DNA of 64,000 bases from the human T2T-CHM13v2.0 reference genome, Homo sapiens, in assembly GCA_009914755.4 (NCBI GenBank), contig CP068257.2, positions 16,832,001-16,896,000 of the forward strand, in the 5' to 3' direction. Made by a program: the position numbers and the translations under genes. Below are positions 1 to 13,713 of the stretch, in pieces. The notes under the pieces are model-generated. The model saw only the letters and a program-made list of their open reading frames with translations. It ran no database searches and had not been told where the DNA came from. Every line of letters starts with the position of its first letter. The stretch's first letter is position 1.

Positions 1-102
1 CCCTTTTAGCCTATGGGGTTCAATTCAGGTAGCCAATTATTTGAGTGATATTTCTAAAAATACAGGATACATAGCAAGGGTGCAAATTTAAAGCTAAAAG
101 AA

Positions 103-103
103 T

Positions 104-137
<34 letters not shown>

Positions 138-155
138 TACACACACATATATAAT
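103..155. repeat. Compound dinucleotide microsatellite, (TA)n followed by (CA)n then (TA)n
   Basis: Read directly: 'atatatatatatatatatat acacacacacacatacacacacatatata'. Confidence 0.9.
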
Positions 156-1744
156 CATTTAATTGGCTAGGTTTGTATTAACTTCATGATATTCAAAGAA
201 CTAGCTTAAAATAATTTTACAAATCACTACAATAAATAAACTGCTTGATGAGTCTAAATTATTGGTACAGGTTCAAAGAAAGCAAAAAATGAGGCTATGA
301 CAGAGAGCAGAATTAGAAAGGAAATATTTGCCCGGTGATGCAATTAAAATAATACATTAAAATTTTAAGTACAGCAAATCAGTGGGAAAAGAAAAAGAAA
401 CTGAGTAGCTACTAAAATCAATGAATGGACATATTTGAAGTTAGGGCTATAAGAAAAACTGCAGTATAATTATTTAATGTATCAATGACCTTGTTGAAAA
501 TGTGAACAGTAGGTAGTTATTCCAATAAGAAGGCACAATAATAGCACGTAAGATTGATAAGATTCATTTAATAAGGCATGTGATTATAGTGATAACTACT
601 ACAAGATGGATGTTATTGTTTGTATCCAAATGAATTCCATTAGAATCACTTTAAAGGACTAGGATAAGAAATCTGTTCAAGCTGTTGTCCTAGCTCAATG
701 TTTGAAATCCCAAGGGAGAGAGGTAATAAATAAGTTAAATGCAATAACAAAGCACCCTTATCTAAAGCTGAGTTCCTGGAGTAGCATAAAAATCAGAAGC
801 TCTTTATGCTGGGATGGATTTTTCAAAGTACAAGTTTCTCCTTGCCTTTTAATAAGTATCTGGATAAAAGACAAGGGAGGTCATTGGCCAAAGGGAAAAA
901 TAGTATGATTTATTTTAAAATTTAGTTAGTAGAATGTTATTTTATAAAATCTGCATTTGGTTATTAGAACCCTGAAATTTTTCCTTACATTTATTAATGA
1001 AATCTGCAGGTTATATCCATAACCATGACCAAGGCCAGTCAGTTGTATCGATTATAATCAGGAAAAGCATGCTAAATAGATCAAAAAAGAACCTCATAAT
1101 ATATGAATGAACAGGCAACAGGTCCAACTTTGACCTTTCTTAGAACAATCCTATAATATTTTACTTTACTACCTTTCTTTTTATTTTACCCATTATAAGT
1201 TGATGTGTGTTATTTTAATCATTCACAGGGTTACCTGTTTTCACATAAATATTTGGAATAAAATATTTAAGAAGGATTCTTATAGCAGCTCTAGGGAATT
1301 GGACCTGAGAAGTATTTTTTTCTAAAAGAGAAGGTAAAATTGGTTGTGCAACTGATAATACCACCCATTCACATCCTAAGAATATCAACTTCTAATTTTT
1401 CTTTTTTATGTTTTTGCCTGCATATTGTAATTCATTATTAAGTAAGGAGATTTTTTAAAAATACATTGTTATAATCTCCTTGTTAATGCAGTTTTTCTCA
1501 TTAATGAACAGGAAAATTCACTTTATTGATATAATTTACTATTCACTTTTTCTTAACTGTTTCAACTAGTTTGCCATCAAGGGTTTGTCCTGTCTTGGTC
1601 AGTCTCATTCATATGTGATTGACTACAGATGGTATTAAATAGACAGATGGTATTAAACAAAGACTAGAAGCTAGTGATCATTAAGTTATTCAATGCTCCT
1701 ACTTTCAAAGGGGCAGTTTTTCACTACACTGTCATCCTTTTTAT

Positions 1745-1912
1745 AATATAAAGTTGCATATATATCCATATATGTTATATATATATACCCATATATCTCT
1801 GTATGTGGGTATTCCTATATCCATATCTCATATCTCCATCTATATGTATATGTGTATTTCTATACACCCAATAGCCAGAGAGATACATATAGGTAGATAA
1901 GTAGGCAGAGAT
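1745..1912. repeat. Low-complexity TA/CA-rich imperfect tandem repeat ('atatccatat'-like units)
   Basis: Repeated 'ccatatat / catatctc / tatatgtatatgtgtat' units visible in the sequence. Confidence 0.5.
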
Positions 1913-1938
1913 ATTAAAAAAGATATACATTTTGCTAT

Positions 1939-2253
<315 letters not shown>

Positions 2254-2966
2254 TGAATAAAGTGCATGAAGTGCAAGGTGGCTGTTATGATCAACAAAGA
2301 GAATTCTTCAAAGAAGCTAGTAAGAGCTAAATAGCCAAAAGCTGAGAAGATCAGAACAAACAAAAGATGTTACTGGGTTCTAGTACTCTTAAGATCTATG
2401 TTTCTCCCTTCCAATTATTTACTTCATAGAAAAGGCGGTCAGATTATCCTAGTCTGACTGAGGCTACACAAACCTGTCTTAATTTTCTGTGTAGTGGGGC
2501 AATGTTCATGGAGCTCAGACACAGGTACAAGAGCTCAATCTCAGATTATTAGAATCATGACGAATTTATCAGCCTCCCCACAGACATTTACTTCATGTGA
2601 GTTAGATGAGATTATACAGCTACGTGGTCTAGGAAGATGTGAGACCATAATATAGAGTGCCCCCACTTCAGTATTCTCCCTCATAACGACACTTTTAACA
2701 TTATTTCTAGGACAGCTGGGACCTAAGCCCATTGTTTTGTTTTTTTCCAATAGAGGCTGTAAATTAATATGCAGTAATGTATCAATCCAATAGAGATTCG
2801 ATTTTTTATTTGACTTCAGTCATGTATAAATGCCAATCCCAAACTACTCCTTTTCAGAGTTGATTCCTATTCTATTAGCTTTTAAAACTGATATAAAGAT
2901 TGAGCTAAAAAAAGTCTATCATTAGAATGTCAGATGTAATGAAACATAAAGAAATAAAAAACAAGT

Positions 2967-3240
2967 CAGGCAACAGTGGCTCGCAATTTGGGAGGCCAAG
3001 GTGGGAGGATTGCTTGAGGCCACACACGTTAGAGACCAGCCTGGGCAACATGGCAAAACCTCATCTCTACTAAAAATACGAAAATTAGCCAGGTGTGGTG
3101 TCGCGGGCCTGTAGTCCCAGCTACTCAGTAGTCCGAGGTGGGAGGATCACTTGAACCCAGGTGGTTGAGGCTGCAGTGAGCCATGATAGTGCCACTGCAC
3201 TCCAGCCTGGATGACAGAGCAAGACTCTGTCTCAAAAAAT
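2967..3240 (+). mobile_element. Alu SINE, plus orientation, with a deletion at its 5' end
   Basis: 'ggcaacagtggctcgcaatttgggaggccaaggtgggaggattgcttgagg...cactgcactccagcctggatgacagagcaagactctgtctcaaaaaa'. Confidence 0.85.
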
Positions 3241-6200
3241 TTTCTTCTTTGATTGAAAGTTTTTCCTCCCAGTCATTTCAAAAAGAGGGAGAAATAAAAG
3301 GAGATTTCAATAAAAATGCTGATTATTTCCTGTTAATTTTGAGTAAATGATATAGGTTGTTTGGCTGAAAACTGCCCTTTAAGCTCGCTTCATTAGTCAC
3401 GACTAGCATGTGCTATAATTTAAGACAAAGCCCACATAGTACAAACAAGGGAGCAATTACTTTGGCTTAAAGCTTGTAGTGCTTTGAACTTTATTTTTTC
3501 TTTAACAAGATCACTTTTGGACTTTGTACAGATTTTATTTTCTCACATAAAATTATGTCCTTATCTACATTTATTAAATGTAAGATTTAATTTTATTGAC
3601 AGAAATATAGAAATGCTACATTAATTGCCACAGGCTGGGTGATGCAGAATATGGTAAGTTAAGTATTAATGAGAATTGTATTTTACTGTGTTCCAAGAGC
3701 CAAAGAAGTGTTTGACATAATATTTACGAGTCTGAATTATAGGGACATTCTAACAGCATTAAGAAATCATATATGAAAAAAATTATATGCCATAAAACTA
3801 TTTTATCTGAATCATATTTCTTAGTATTCTTCTCTATTAAACAGCTGACTTAGGGCTTTAGAATATCCTGAGAAATGATGTCCTTCTAAGTGGGATTTAT
3901 AAATACTTCTTGACAAGAAAAGATACATTTACTCCAATTTTTAGCATGTGTTATTTTATGACCTCAAATTGCAACCCTAGATTTTTTCCCTTATTGAAAT
4001 ATTTTTAGATTTCTGGTAGAAAAATGTATTTCAAATCATTGTGCAAGAGAAATATTTCTTTAAAGGGAAAATGAACTATAATATTAAAAAGAGACAAGCT
4101 TTTGGGGGGTTTTTGCAATCTGTTTAACAGGAGAAATAAAAAATACATGAAAACATTTTTGTGCTTGAAACAAACTATTTTATGCTAAAGTGAAACTGTC
4201 AAAATCAGCAAATATTTATTGGGCATCTCTGTGTTTAAGAAACTCTTCATATATCCATACATGTCATATATATCCATGTAGATAGATGGATTTCCATATA
4301 CCCATGTCATCACAGCCCCGTGCTGTGGGTTTACAGGACCTAAAGAAAAACATTGCTGCATTAAAAATAACTTACAAGAAAAGGCTTTCATACCAATTAT
4401 AGTAGACCACTTATAAGGATTTCTAGGCACAGTAAAGTAGCATAGTACTTGACTAATGGTTAGATAATAATAATGCCATTAATTTGCAGAAGTCAGTCTC
4501 AGGGCTGGTCAGTGCAGTGAGTGGGTACTTCTGCAATTCTCTCTCTCTTTTTTTTTTTATTCCAATAAGGCTGTGCTAACTCCAAATGCCACATTCTCCC
4601 ATTACAATGCATAACACTGGAAGAAAAAAAGAGTAGAAAAGGGAAACTCTATTACCCTATATTTTTCTTTAAACAGTGAAAAGTGTTTCTGAAAAGCGCT
4701 TATCTGACTTGCAGAGTAATGAGGGCAAAAGTTAATATGATACGCCTTGACCAGTGGCTCTTAAAGTGTCATCTATGGCAAGTTGTTAGAAATCCAAATT
4801 TTCAGGTTCCAAACCAATCTTACCGAGTTAGAAACTGGCAGTGGAGCCTGCAGATGATTAACAAGCTCCTCAGAACATTTTGAAGTACTCTAATGTTTGA
4901 GAATTACTGCGTTACACCAATTGTGACTCACTTCCAGCGGCTGGATATGAATTGGAGTAAGGTCTCTAATCATACATTTCAGAATTCTCACCGAACTCTA
5001 GGCTGTTCTGCATTTTTTCGTGTGACTTGAAATAACAATTAGAAGTCATCAAAGGCCATCACATTTATAGATAGAAAGTTCATACAAATGATAGAGTCCA
5101 TTATTATAAGATATCATTTCTCCTTTAGGGCTTTTAGTTGCAAGTAACAAACATGGAAATTTAACTGAAACTGGCTTGAACAGAAAAGGAGTAGAGAAGG
5201 GACTCATGTAATTCAGGTCATGTAGGGTCTTATTAAGAAACTCAAGTGACAGACACAGTCATAGCTGGGCTTAGATCTTTTCTCTTCCAGGCTGGCTTTA
5301 CTCATGGCACTGGTTTCTAGGAGCTCCAGGATGGCATTCATCAAAGTGCAAATCTAGAGAAAATATAAAGTTTACTTTCACTTACTGAAGAGTCTGATTG
5401 AAGATTATATACTATATGTTGTTCATAATTCCTTCCTGAATAATCACCCTTACTGTAGCAATGTTTTAGGCTGTTTATCTCAGATCCAATTATATGCCCA
5501 TTTTCAGACATGGGAATAGATTTAGACTCCAATCCTGTGTTTAAAAATGTGGTTATCACCCACAATTAGGAAAGGTTCCTTAATCCCAAGAGTGAAGGGA
5601 CTTGAGGTGGCAAAAGTAAATAATGGCCATTTAAATCTATAAAGTCATCTGTGAGGAATGGAATACATAAAAGTCAATAACTAATCCTACCTTGGGTCCG
5701 TAAATGCCCCTGTGTATATACAAGATGTTGAAATCTCTTAATCATGATTATGGAAAGGCAAATGATGTTTTTTTCCAGAGTAAAGTCAATATACATTGAC
5801 TACATGATGCAGTAACTAGAAACGTTAAAGCAGCCTTTGGAAATTATTTTTAAGTCATGTTTCCTTTTTAGTACTTAAATCTCAAATGAATCATTTTCAT
5901 GTCTCCATCTACACCGTCCCTACCCAGTTTGATTATCTCCCATCTTGGTTATGCTGTTCGTCCCTTGCTTTAATTTTAATCCTTCTCTATTCTAGCCTCT
6001 AGGATATCAGACTGTTTAAGACAACTTTTCCTTTTGGAATTAATTTATACTTACAGAAATAAATAGGGTAATACAGAAAGTTCTGTTGTACCCCTCTTCC
6101 AGTTTCACCCTTTATTACCACCTCACAGTACCCTGGTATATTCATCGAAACTAAGATTTCAACATCATTTTATGTGAACTCCAGACATTAATTGGATTTC

Positions 6201-6666
6201 ACCAGTCTTTCCACAAACATCCTCTGTTTCAGAACCTGATACAGAGTACCACATGGCATTTACTTGTCATGTCTCTCCAGTCTCCTCTAATCTGTGAGAG
6301 TTTCTCAGTCTTCCCTTGTTTCCTTGTCATCAGACTTGGAATTGTCTGATGTTTTCCTCATGGTTAGATTGAGGTTATAGATTCTTGGAAAGAACATGTC
6401 AGAGGTGAAGCAATCTTCTCACATTTTATGAGGGAACACACAATGTCAACATAAAATTATTGGTGAGATTAACCTTTACAATTTGATTAAGATAGTTTTG
6501 ACCATGTTTCTCTATTTCTCTACTATAAAATTCCTATTTCCCCTTTCAACACCCTCCAGACTCTCACAGATATACATGTGGAATATTCCTTATTCCAAAT
6601 ACTTGAGAACAGAACTCTTTCATATGTCAGATTTCTTTTGGATTTTGGATATTTGCATTATACTTA

Positions 6667-6792
6667 CTGGTTGAGCATCCCACATCTGAAAATCTGAAAT
6701 TGGAAATGCTCCAGTGAGCATTCATTTGATGGTTATATTCCCACTCAAAAAGTTTCAGATGTTTGATTTTTGGATTTGGAATGCTCAATCTG
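6667..6792. mobile_element. 126-bp palindromic MITE of a Tc1/mariner-type DNA transposon, flanked by TA target-site duplications
   Basis: Terminal inverted repeats 'ctggttgagcatccc...' and '...gggaatgctcaatctg'. Internal 'aatctgaaattggaaatgctcc' and 'ggatttggaatgc' motifs match the 'aaatccgaaa...gggatactcaacctg' terminus I recall as Hsmar2-like. 'ta' sits immediately on both flanks (6665-6666 and 6793-6794). Confidence 0.6.
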
Positions 6793-7176
6793 TATATATC
6801 AGGTTTAAAAAAATGCTAAGATTTCTTTCTGCATAATACTTTCATATGTCCATGGCCCTTAAAGTTGGAAGTTCCTATATGATTGGAATCTACACATACA
6901 TGCATACAAATACATACATTCATAAACAAATGCATATACACTAATTTTAATGTCAAATGTGGCATATTCAGAATTCACCAAAACTTAGGAAATGATAGTA
7001 TTAATAATCAAGCCAAACTTTTCTCTGTGAAAGACTGTCAGGCCATTGGTGATTAAAATTTGTTTACTACCTAACTGGGCATCATAGTCAATAGGATAGT
7101 TCTGAGTCACAAATGCATCATGGCAATTTTCTTTCATAGTCAATTCCAGCCTTTAGGGACTAAAGAAAAATATGTT

Positions 7177-7826
7177 ATTTACAAGAAAACAAACAAACAA
7201 CCCCATCAGAAAGTGGGCAAAAGATATGAACAGACACTTCTCAAAAGAAGACATTTATGTGGCCCACAAACATGAAAAAAAGCTCATCATCACTGGTCAC
7301 TAGAGAAATGCAAATCAAAACCACAATGAGATACCATCTTATACCAGTTAGAATGGCGATCATTAAAAAGTCAGGAAACAACAGATGCTGGAGAGGATGT
7401 GGAGAAATAGGAATGCTTTTAAAATATTGGTGGGATGGTAAATTAGTTCAGCCATTGTGGAAGACAGTGTGGCAATTCCTCAAGGATCTAGAACTAGAAA
7501 TACCATTTGACCCAGCAATCACATTACTGGGTATATACCCAAAGGATGATAAATCATTCTACTACAAAGAAACAGGCACGTGTATGTTTATTGCAGCACT
7601 GTTCACAATAGCAAAGACTTGGAACCAACCCAAATGCCCATCAATGATAGACTGGATAAAGAAAATGTGGCACATGTACACCATGGAATACTATGCAGCC
7701 ATGAAAAAGGATGAGTTCATGTCCTTTGCAGGGACATGGAGGAAGCTAGAAACCATCATTCTCAGCAAACCAACACAGGAACAGAAAACCAAACACCACG
7801 TATTCTCACTCATAAGTGGGAGCTGA
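7177..7826 (+). mobile_element. LINE-1 fragment (ORF2 C-terminal region), truncated at both ends
   Basis: 'acaagaaaacaaacaaacaaccccatcagaaagtgggcaaaagatatgaacagacacttctcaaaagaagacatttatgtggcc...ttctcactcataagtgggagctgaa' is colinear with L1PA ORF2 3' sequence. Homology stops abruptly before the L1 3'UTR. Confidence 0.9.
7257..7826 (+). pseudogene. L1 ORF2p C-terminal pseudo-ORF (189 aa), retrotransposon remnant
   Basis: The translation (…[34 protein letters not shown]…TWNQPKCPS…) is the conserved L1 ORF2 C-terminal region. It is not a host gene. Confidence 0.85.
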
Positions 7827-10800
7827 ATATTTCTTTCAAATATCTGTTCTAATAATATGATGGCCAGTCATCACAGTTTGCACAGTATTATGCTGGTTTT
7901 AGTATCTGAATTCTCTCACCCTGGGAAAACTTTTAGTCTTGTTCATGTATGGATTTTTAAACAACTAGCTCACGTTCTCTTAGGTGGTGCTGTAGGTTGA
8001 CAAAGACTCTCTTACAATATAGTCTCCAGGAGATTTTAGTAGACTTTCTATAATCTACCCAGGCCATGGTTTAGTGAGATTATGTCATGTTAACTGTATA
8101 TGCACCAATATTTGAAGGCATGTACAAACATATTTTTTATTTAAACCAGCATCAAATTCTACCAAAACCGGCAAGTTTAGTTTGTAAGTAAAGATGAAAT
8201 GACTGGACATTCTAAATGGATGGACTTTGAGTTCTTTTGTCAGGGTGCTCAAGATGATGCAGACTTACCTATATGCTCTCACCTTGCCTCCCTGGTGACC
8301 TGCATGATTTATTTGTCAGAGAAAATGACTACCTTAAATCTAAGCAATGGGTAGTTATCAAATCTAAAAAAAATCTATGTGACTCAAAGGGAATTTAAAT
8401 TCATGACTCTGCTTCATTAATACTAATCTCAAAGCAAGTCAACAAGATAAAAGATATTAACTCTTGTCCCATCTTCATGTGGCTCTTGTTGTATTACTAA
8501 GGGTCATTGGAGGCTGCCTAGCTAGTCACTATTCTGAAAATGAGACTGACATTAATCAAAAAGATAGCATAATGAAAGAGCAAAAGGGAACAACTTGTTC
8601 TAATCAACATTGAGTCATTGATAACTCCACTAATCGAACTCAAACAAGTCTGAAATACTGTGGTCTTGGAATCAAACTTGAAACCAGAGGCAGAGTAATG
8701 CCTGATACAATGAAATCCAAGCTCAGATTACTAGGATTTGTATCCTGACTCTACCATTTGGCAACTGTGTCCTCTGGAAAGTTATTTAACTTTTCTGGAA
8801 CTTCGTTTCCCAATTTATAAAGTACTATTCCTAAGAGTCCCTCCCTTATTTCATCACAGGTACACCGACTTCATCTATTTTCTTAACTCTTCTGAGCTTC
8901 TATTGACTTACTTGCAAATTACTGGCTTTGACTGCCTCAATTGAGTGTTGTCAGGATAAAATAGAATAACGTATGCAAAGACTCCAACCCACAGCATTAT
9001 TATTATTCAGTAGGTTATAGAGGTGTTATACATAATTTGTTTTTCCCTAATAAATAAAAATGGGAACATGTGATTTATTATGTTACACATAATTTTCAGT
9101 TGTAAAACAATTTATGTTGCTATGTGATGTATCTTTTTGCTGATGCATGCTTGATGTCAGGGGCACGGGGCATTGCACGTTAAACTTTGTACACAAATTA
9201 TTAATGTCAAAAATAAAACCTACAGAAGACGGATTAGAAAATAAATATTTTTATCTTGAGATAAACAAAAAATCCAAGTCCTAATCACCTACATATTTTC
9301 AGCCACATGTGCAGTTCTATTAGTAAAACTCTCTCTCTTACTAAGGAGTAAAATTAAATTTTACTCCTTTCTCCTATTTTAACCTAAAATGATCTCTCCT
9401 AATCTTTGCATAGCAATAATAGGTAGGTAATACATTAAAAACATCCTTTAATCAAAAGTCTATTTCAAAGTTTTACAACCACAAGTCAAATTTATTTTCT
9501 GAGGGAATTAATCTTAATTTATATAATCAAAAACAATAGATGCAGGAGGAAAACATGAAAGCAAATTCTGAGGAAATATTTGTTTCATAGATTCAGGAAA
9601 ACATTTTTCTTCAGATATGACTGAATAGTAATAATTTTTGTCTTACAGTTCTTTCACTTGCTTTACTTCAGCATTTACATTAGCATTAATATAATTTTAT
9701 CTACGATATATTATTTCAATTATTTTATATACATCTTCACTTCTAATTTTTCTAAATATACTTATTGTATTGCTTCATTTTTTTCATTTTCTTCTCATCA
9801 TATTAACCAACTTAAATTATAATATAAATAATTTTGATAGAGAGAATAGGAACATTATCCAATATGAACACCAATTTTGATGAAATTCCTGAGAATTAAA
9901 TCTTCCAAAAACTTTATACATTTAAATCAGAATTTTTACACTTCTAAAAATAGTATCTTAAAATATATTCAAATAAGCATGTAATCTTAAAATTATTAGT
10001 TTTCTTTAGACAATAGGGTATGGCGACTATATTTAGCAACAATATATTATATATTTTAAAGTTGCTAGAAGAGAAGACTTGAATTTTTCACAAATACACA
10101 AATGATAAACACTCAAAGTGATGGATGCCTCAAATACCCTGACTGATCATTACACGTCTATGCATGTAACAAAATACCACATGCACCCCATAAATAAGTA
10201 AAATATTATGTACCAATAAAATTAGTTTTCTCCTAATTTTATTTATTTAATTTTATATTCCTTCAATTTTTTTTGTAATTGCTATATTGGTTAGGGTATA
10301 CATAGAAGAAATGATATGATTTTACCTATTGAGGAAAATATTTTGTGTGATTTTTTAAAATTCCAAATGAAGCTTATTTAAATTGTCTGTGCCTTGGTGT
10401 GCTTTTTTCCTTATATTAGTCTAGGAAATCTCAATTCAACTGAAACACCTTCTTTCTAACTTATTTTATCTTATCTAACTTATCTAGCTTACTTTCTCTT
10501 TCTAACTTACTTTATCCTAGTGCTCTTGAATCTATTAATATGTAACTATTTCCTTACTGAGAGTCAGTTAAACAAGACTTCTTTATAACCTCTTTGTCTC
10601 TTTGCTTCCATTCTTTTAGATTATTGTTAAATTACTGGGTCCCAGGTGCAAGGCTTATTCTTTCCAAACAGCTGTGATTAGTGGAATACTATTAGTATCT
10701 ATATTATTCATATGTGATTTAATCATAGAAATTCCAGTTTTACCTCACTAGAATTGTTAGATGAAATTTCTACATTCCCTATCATTTTACTTGTAACAAT

Positions 10801-12177
10801 TTCCTTTTCAATTCTCAAAAATAATTTCTAATGTATATTTTCCTTTGCTTCTTTTAGTTTTGATCAAAGCGCACTGAGTTCAGATAAAATGTGAGTTTCC
10901 GGCAGGGAAAAGGCATCGGTATCCTTTCCTTGCCATTGCTATTTATTATTTTTCCAAACAGCAGTTCGCTTCTCTACACCCTGGGCTATTTCTCAACTGA
11001 AATAGATTGTACTCTGAAGTTCAGCAACTGCTTGTGATTCAGCCCTTTGGTTCTAACATTAGAGTTTCGGTTTTAACATTTGCTACTCCATGATATTTTT
11101 GAGACCCAGGGCAAATCTGTAAAGGTGTTTGCTGTAATTTCTTCCTTTGTAGTTTACATAGCGTAACATTTTTATTGGCAAACCTGTAAAATTCCTTTAG
11201 AAAATTACAAATACAAGCCTCGATTAGAGATTTGGGTATTTGTCTAATATGTCTGTGTGCATTATTCATAGCTGTATACATAATAAGAATACTAGAAATA
11301 TATCTGGATATTATTTCAACATTTTTCCTTGAAGTAATTGTGTGATAATTGACAACTCATCTCACTTTTCTAGACTTTTAAATATATTTTTAAGGTATAG
11401 CATTTATACAAAAAATGCACAAATCATCATGCATATCTTTATGAATTTTCACAAGGTTACTACACCAATGTAACCAGAATCAAACAGAGAGAATATACCA
11501 GCATCACAGAAACTTCTCGTGTCCACTTCCAGTAACTGAGAATTATGGATAACCAATATGCCAACACCTAAACAACAGATTAACTGATCTTGTTTAGTAA
11601 TCCTTATTTTTTATTTTATATGACTGGAATCACACAGAATACATTACTAGGTGCCCTCTTTTCTTTTCCTCAAAAAGTTACCTTTGTAATATTTATCCAT
11701 GTTGTTGCATAGTTGTAGTTTACTTATTTTCATTCTTTACAGTATTCCATTGTGTAATCATACCACAATCTATTTAGTTATTCTTAGAATGTATTTGCTT
11801 TCTGGTGAACTAGGAAATCGTTTCCTAAAATAAATGTCAAGTCAGACGATGTATGTACATTTTTAATTCTAGTACTGAATTTACTCACAATTCACAGGAT
11901 ACGATAGCAAAACAAAAGCTTAGTCTTTAAGGAGGTCCATGATTGTCAATGCTACTCCCACAGTGCCTTTTATCTCTTGTATTAGGCCATGTTCTGGTTT
12001 AAGTTTAACATAAAAAGTTTAAGCAATATTTTTGCTAGGGTATTTGTTTAGTAGCATAATTGTAGAAGGATTTAATCAGACTATTTCCTTTTCAAGTATC
12101 CACATTAAAGGGAGAAAAATAGGCTACAAGTCTCCTTCTAACCTTGATCTTTTCCTTCTCACTAAAAAAAAAATTTT

Positions 12178-12201
12178 TATTCATTCATTCATTCATTCAT
12201 C
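12178..12201. repeat. (ATTC)n microsatellite
   Basis: 'attcattcattcattcattcat' read directly. Confidence 0.85.
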
Positions 12202-13354
12202 TGTTCTTTTTTATACCTTCTATTTATATATGCAGACTAGCATACTTTTATATATGTAGTGATCAGGACATTATGTTTTTCTAGTTGGATTTCCAGTTGC
12301 CACAGTACCATTTATTAAAAAGAATTATCTTTTAATAAAGAATTCATTGTCATAAATAAGGTGATTATATATGGGTGAATCTGTTTCTGTGCTCTATATT
12401 CTGTTCCCACTCTCTATTTTCTTCCATAATTACCTAGCATCATTGGTAAATTGTCTTAATTACTACAGGTTTATCCAATATCTGCCACTGTATTTTTTCT
12501 GTTTTTATCTTTCTTCTGTAAGGTTGCCTTAACTGTCCTTAGCTCCTTGCATTAATTCATAAATTTTATAATCAAATTTTCATTTTCCTCATGAATAAGA
12601 GATTTAAAAAAATCAGATTGGGTAGAACTGTCACCTTTCTGATACTGATTGTTTTAATTCATTGAGTTAAGTCCTTTATTTTTGTTATTTGTGTTTTAAT
12701 GTTTTAATATAGTTCTTATACATATTTTGTTAAAACCATGATCTTTTTGGTGTTTGTTGCTATTATAAAGATTATCTTTTAAAATTTTACTCTAATGTCT
12801 TTGTAATTGGTAAACAAAATGAATACCATTTACTTTTACATATTTGCTTGTATCCAATAAATTGTTAAATTAATAGATATCCTATGTACACAAATAATTT
12901 CATCTGTGAATAATGATAATTTTTTCCTCTTTATTTCAATCTTTATGTATTTTTTCTTGCCTTATTATATTAGCTAAGACCCTCAGTTCAATGTAGAAAA
13001 GACGAGGTGATAGTAAATATTTTTTTCATCCTTGATGTCATCGGGAAATACTCTTAATACTTAATATTTAGTGTAATATTAACTATTGGCCTTTTGTAGA
13101 TAGCTTTTTATCAGGTTAGAGAAATTTCACACTATTCATTTTTTGCTAAGTAATCTTTTTTGTTTGTTTTGGTTGTTTCTAATCATGTATAGTTACAAAA
13201 TTTTTTTCAGATGACTTTTCAGCATCTGTCAAAATAATTACATAGTTTCTCTTCTTTATTCTTTTGACATGGTGAATAATATTGACTTATGAATCTTAAC
13301 TTCCCTTGAATTCCTGAAACAAGCCATATTTTGTCATAATTTACTGTAATTCTT

Positions 13355-13713
13355 TATTGTGTTAGTCTGTTCTCACACTGCTAATAAAGACATACCCAAG
13401 ACTCGATAATTTATAAAGGAAAGAGGTTTAATTGACTCACAGTTCCACATGGCTGGAGAGGCCTCACAATCATGGCAGAAGGCGAACGAGGAGCAAATTC
13501 ACTTCTTACATGGTGACAGGCAAGAGAGCTTGTGCAGGAGAACTCACATTTATAAAACCATCAGATCTCGTGAGAGTTATTCACTACCACGAGAACAGTA
13601 TGGGGGAAACTGCTCCCATGATTCAATTATCTCCACCTGGGCCCGTACTTGACATGTGGAGATTATTACAATTCTGGATGAGATTTGTGTGGGAACACAG
13701 CCAAATCCTATCA
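13355..13713 (-). mobile_element. MaLR LTR, THE1/MST family, minus orientation
   Basis: The reverse complement matches the THE1 consensus 'tgatatggtttggctgtgtcc...catgattgtgaggcctccccagccatgtggaactgtgagtcaattaaacctctttcctttataaattacc...agcagtgtgagaa'. Confidence 0.8.

Noticed and set aside
7257-7826. The 189-aa ORF, and the similar ORFs at 29932-30561, 30626-30946, 31561-31779 and 31878-32204, as candidate host genes
   Set aside because: Their translations are textbook LINE-1 ORF2p segments (reverse-transcriptase motifs, the 'FADDM' box, the C-terminal '[10 protein letters not shown]' region). They lie within colinear L1 DNA that has frameshifts and stops. They are retrotransposon pseudo-ORFs.
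9690-10560. Long AT-rich, T-rich low-complexity tract with repeated 'ttatcttatctaacttatctagcttactttctctttctaacttactttatcc' units, as a possible regulatory array or satellite
   Set aside because: It has only short imperfect local repeats, no consistent period or copy structure, and is typical AT-rich low-complexity DNA of gene-poor regions.
10860-11300. A mildly CpG-containing stretch ('agcgcac', 'ccggcag', 'atcggta', 'ttcgctt', 'ttcggtt', 'agcgtaa', 'ctcgatt') with a duplicated 'ttctaacatt…ttttaacattt' motif, as a possible element
   Set aside because: The CpG count is only marginally above background, and there is no repeat signature, ORF or splice-like structure. The evidence is too weak to report as a feature.
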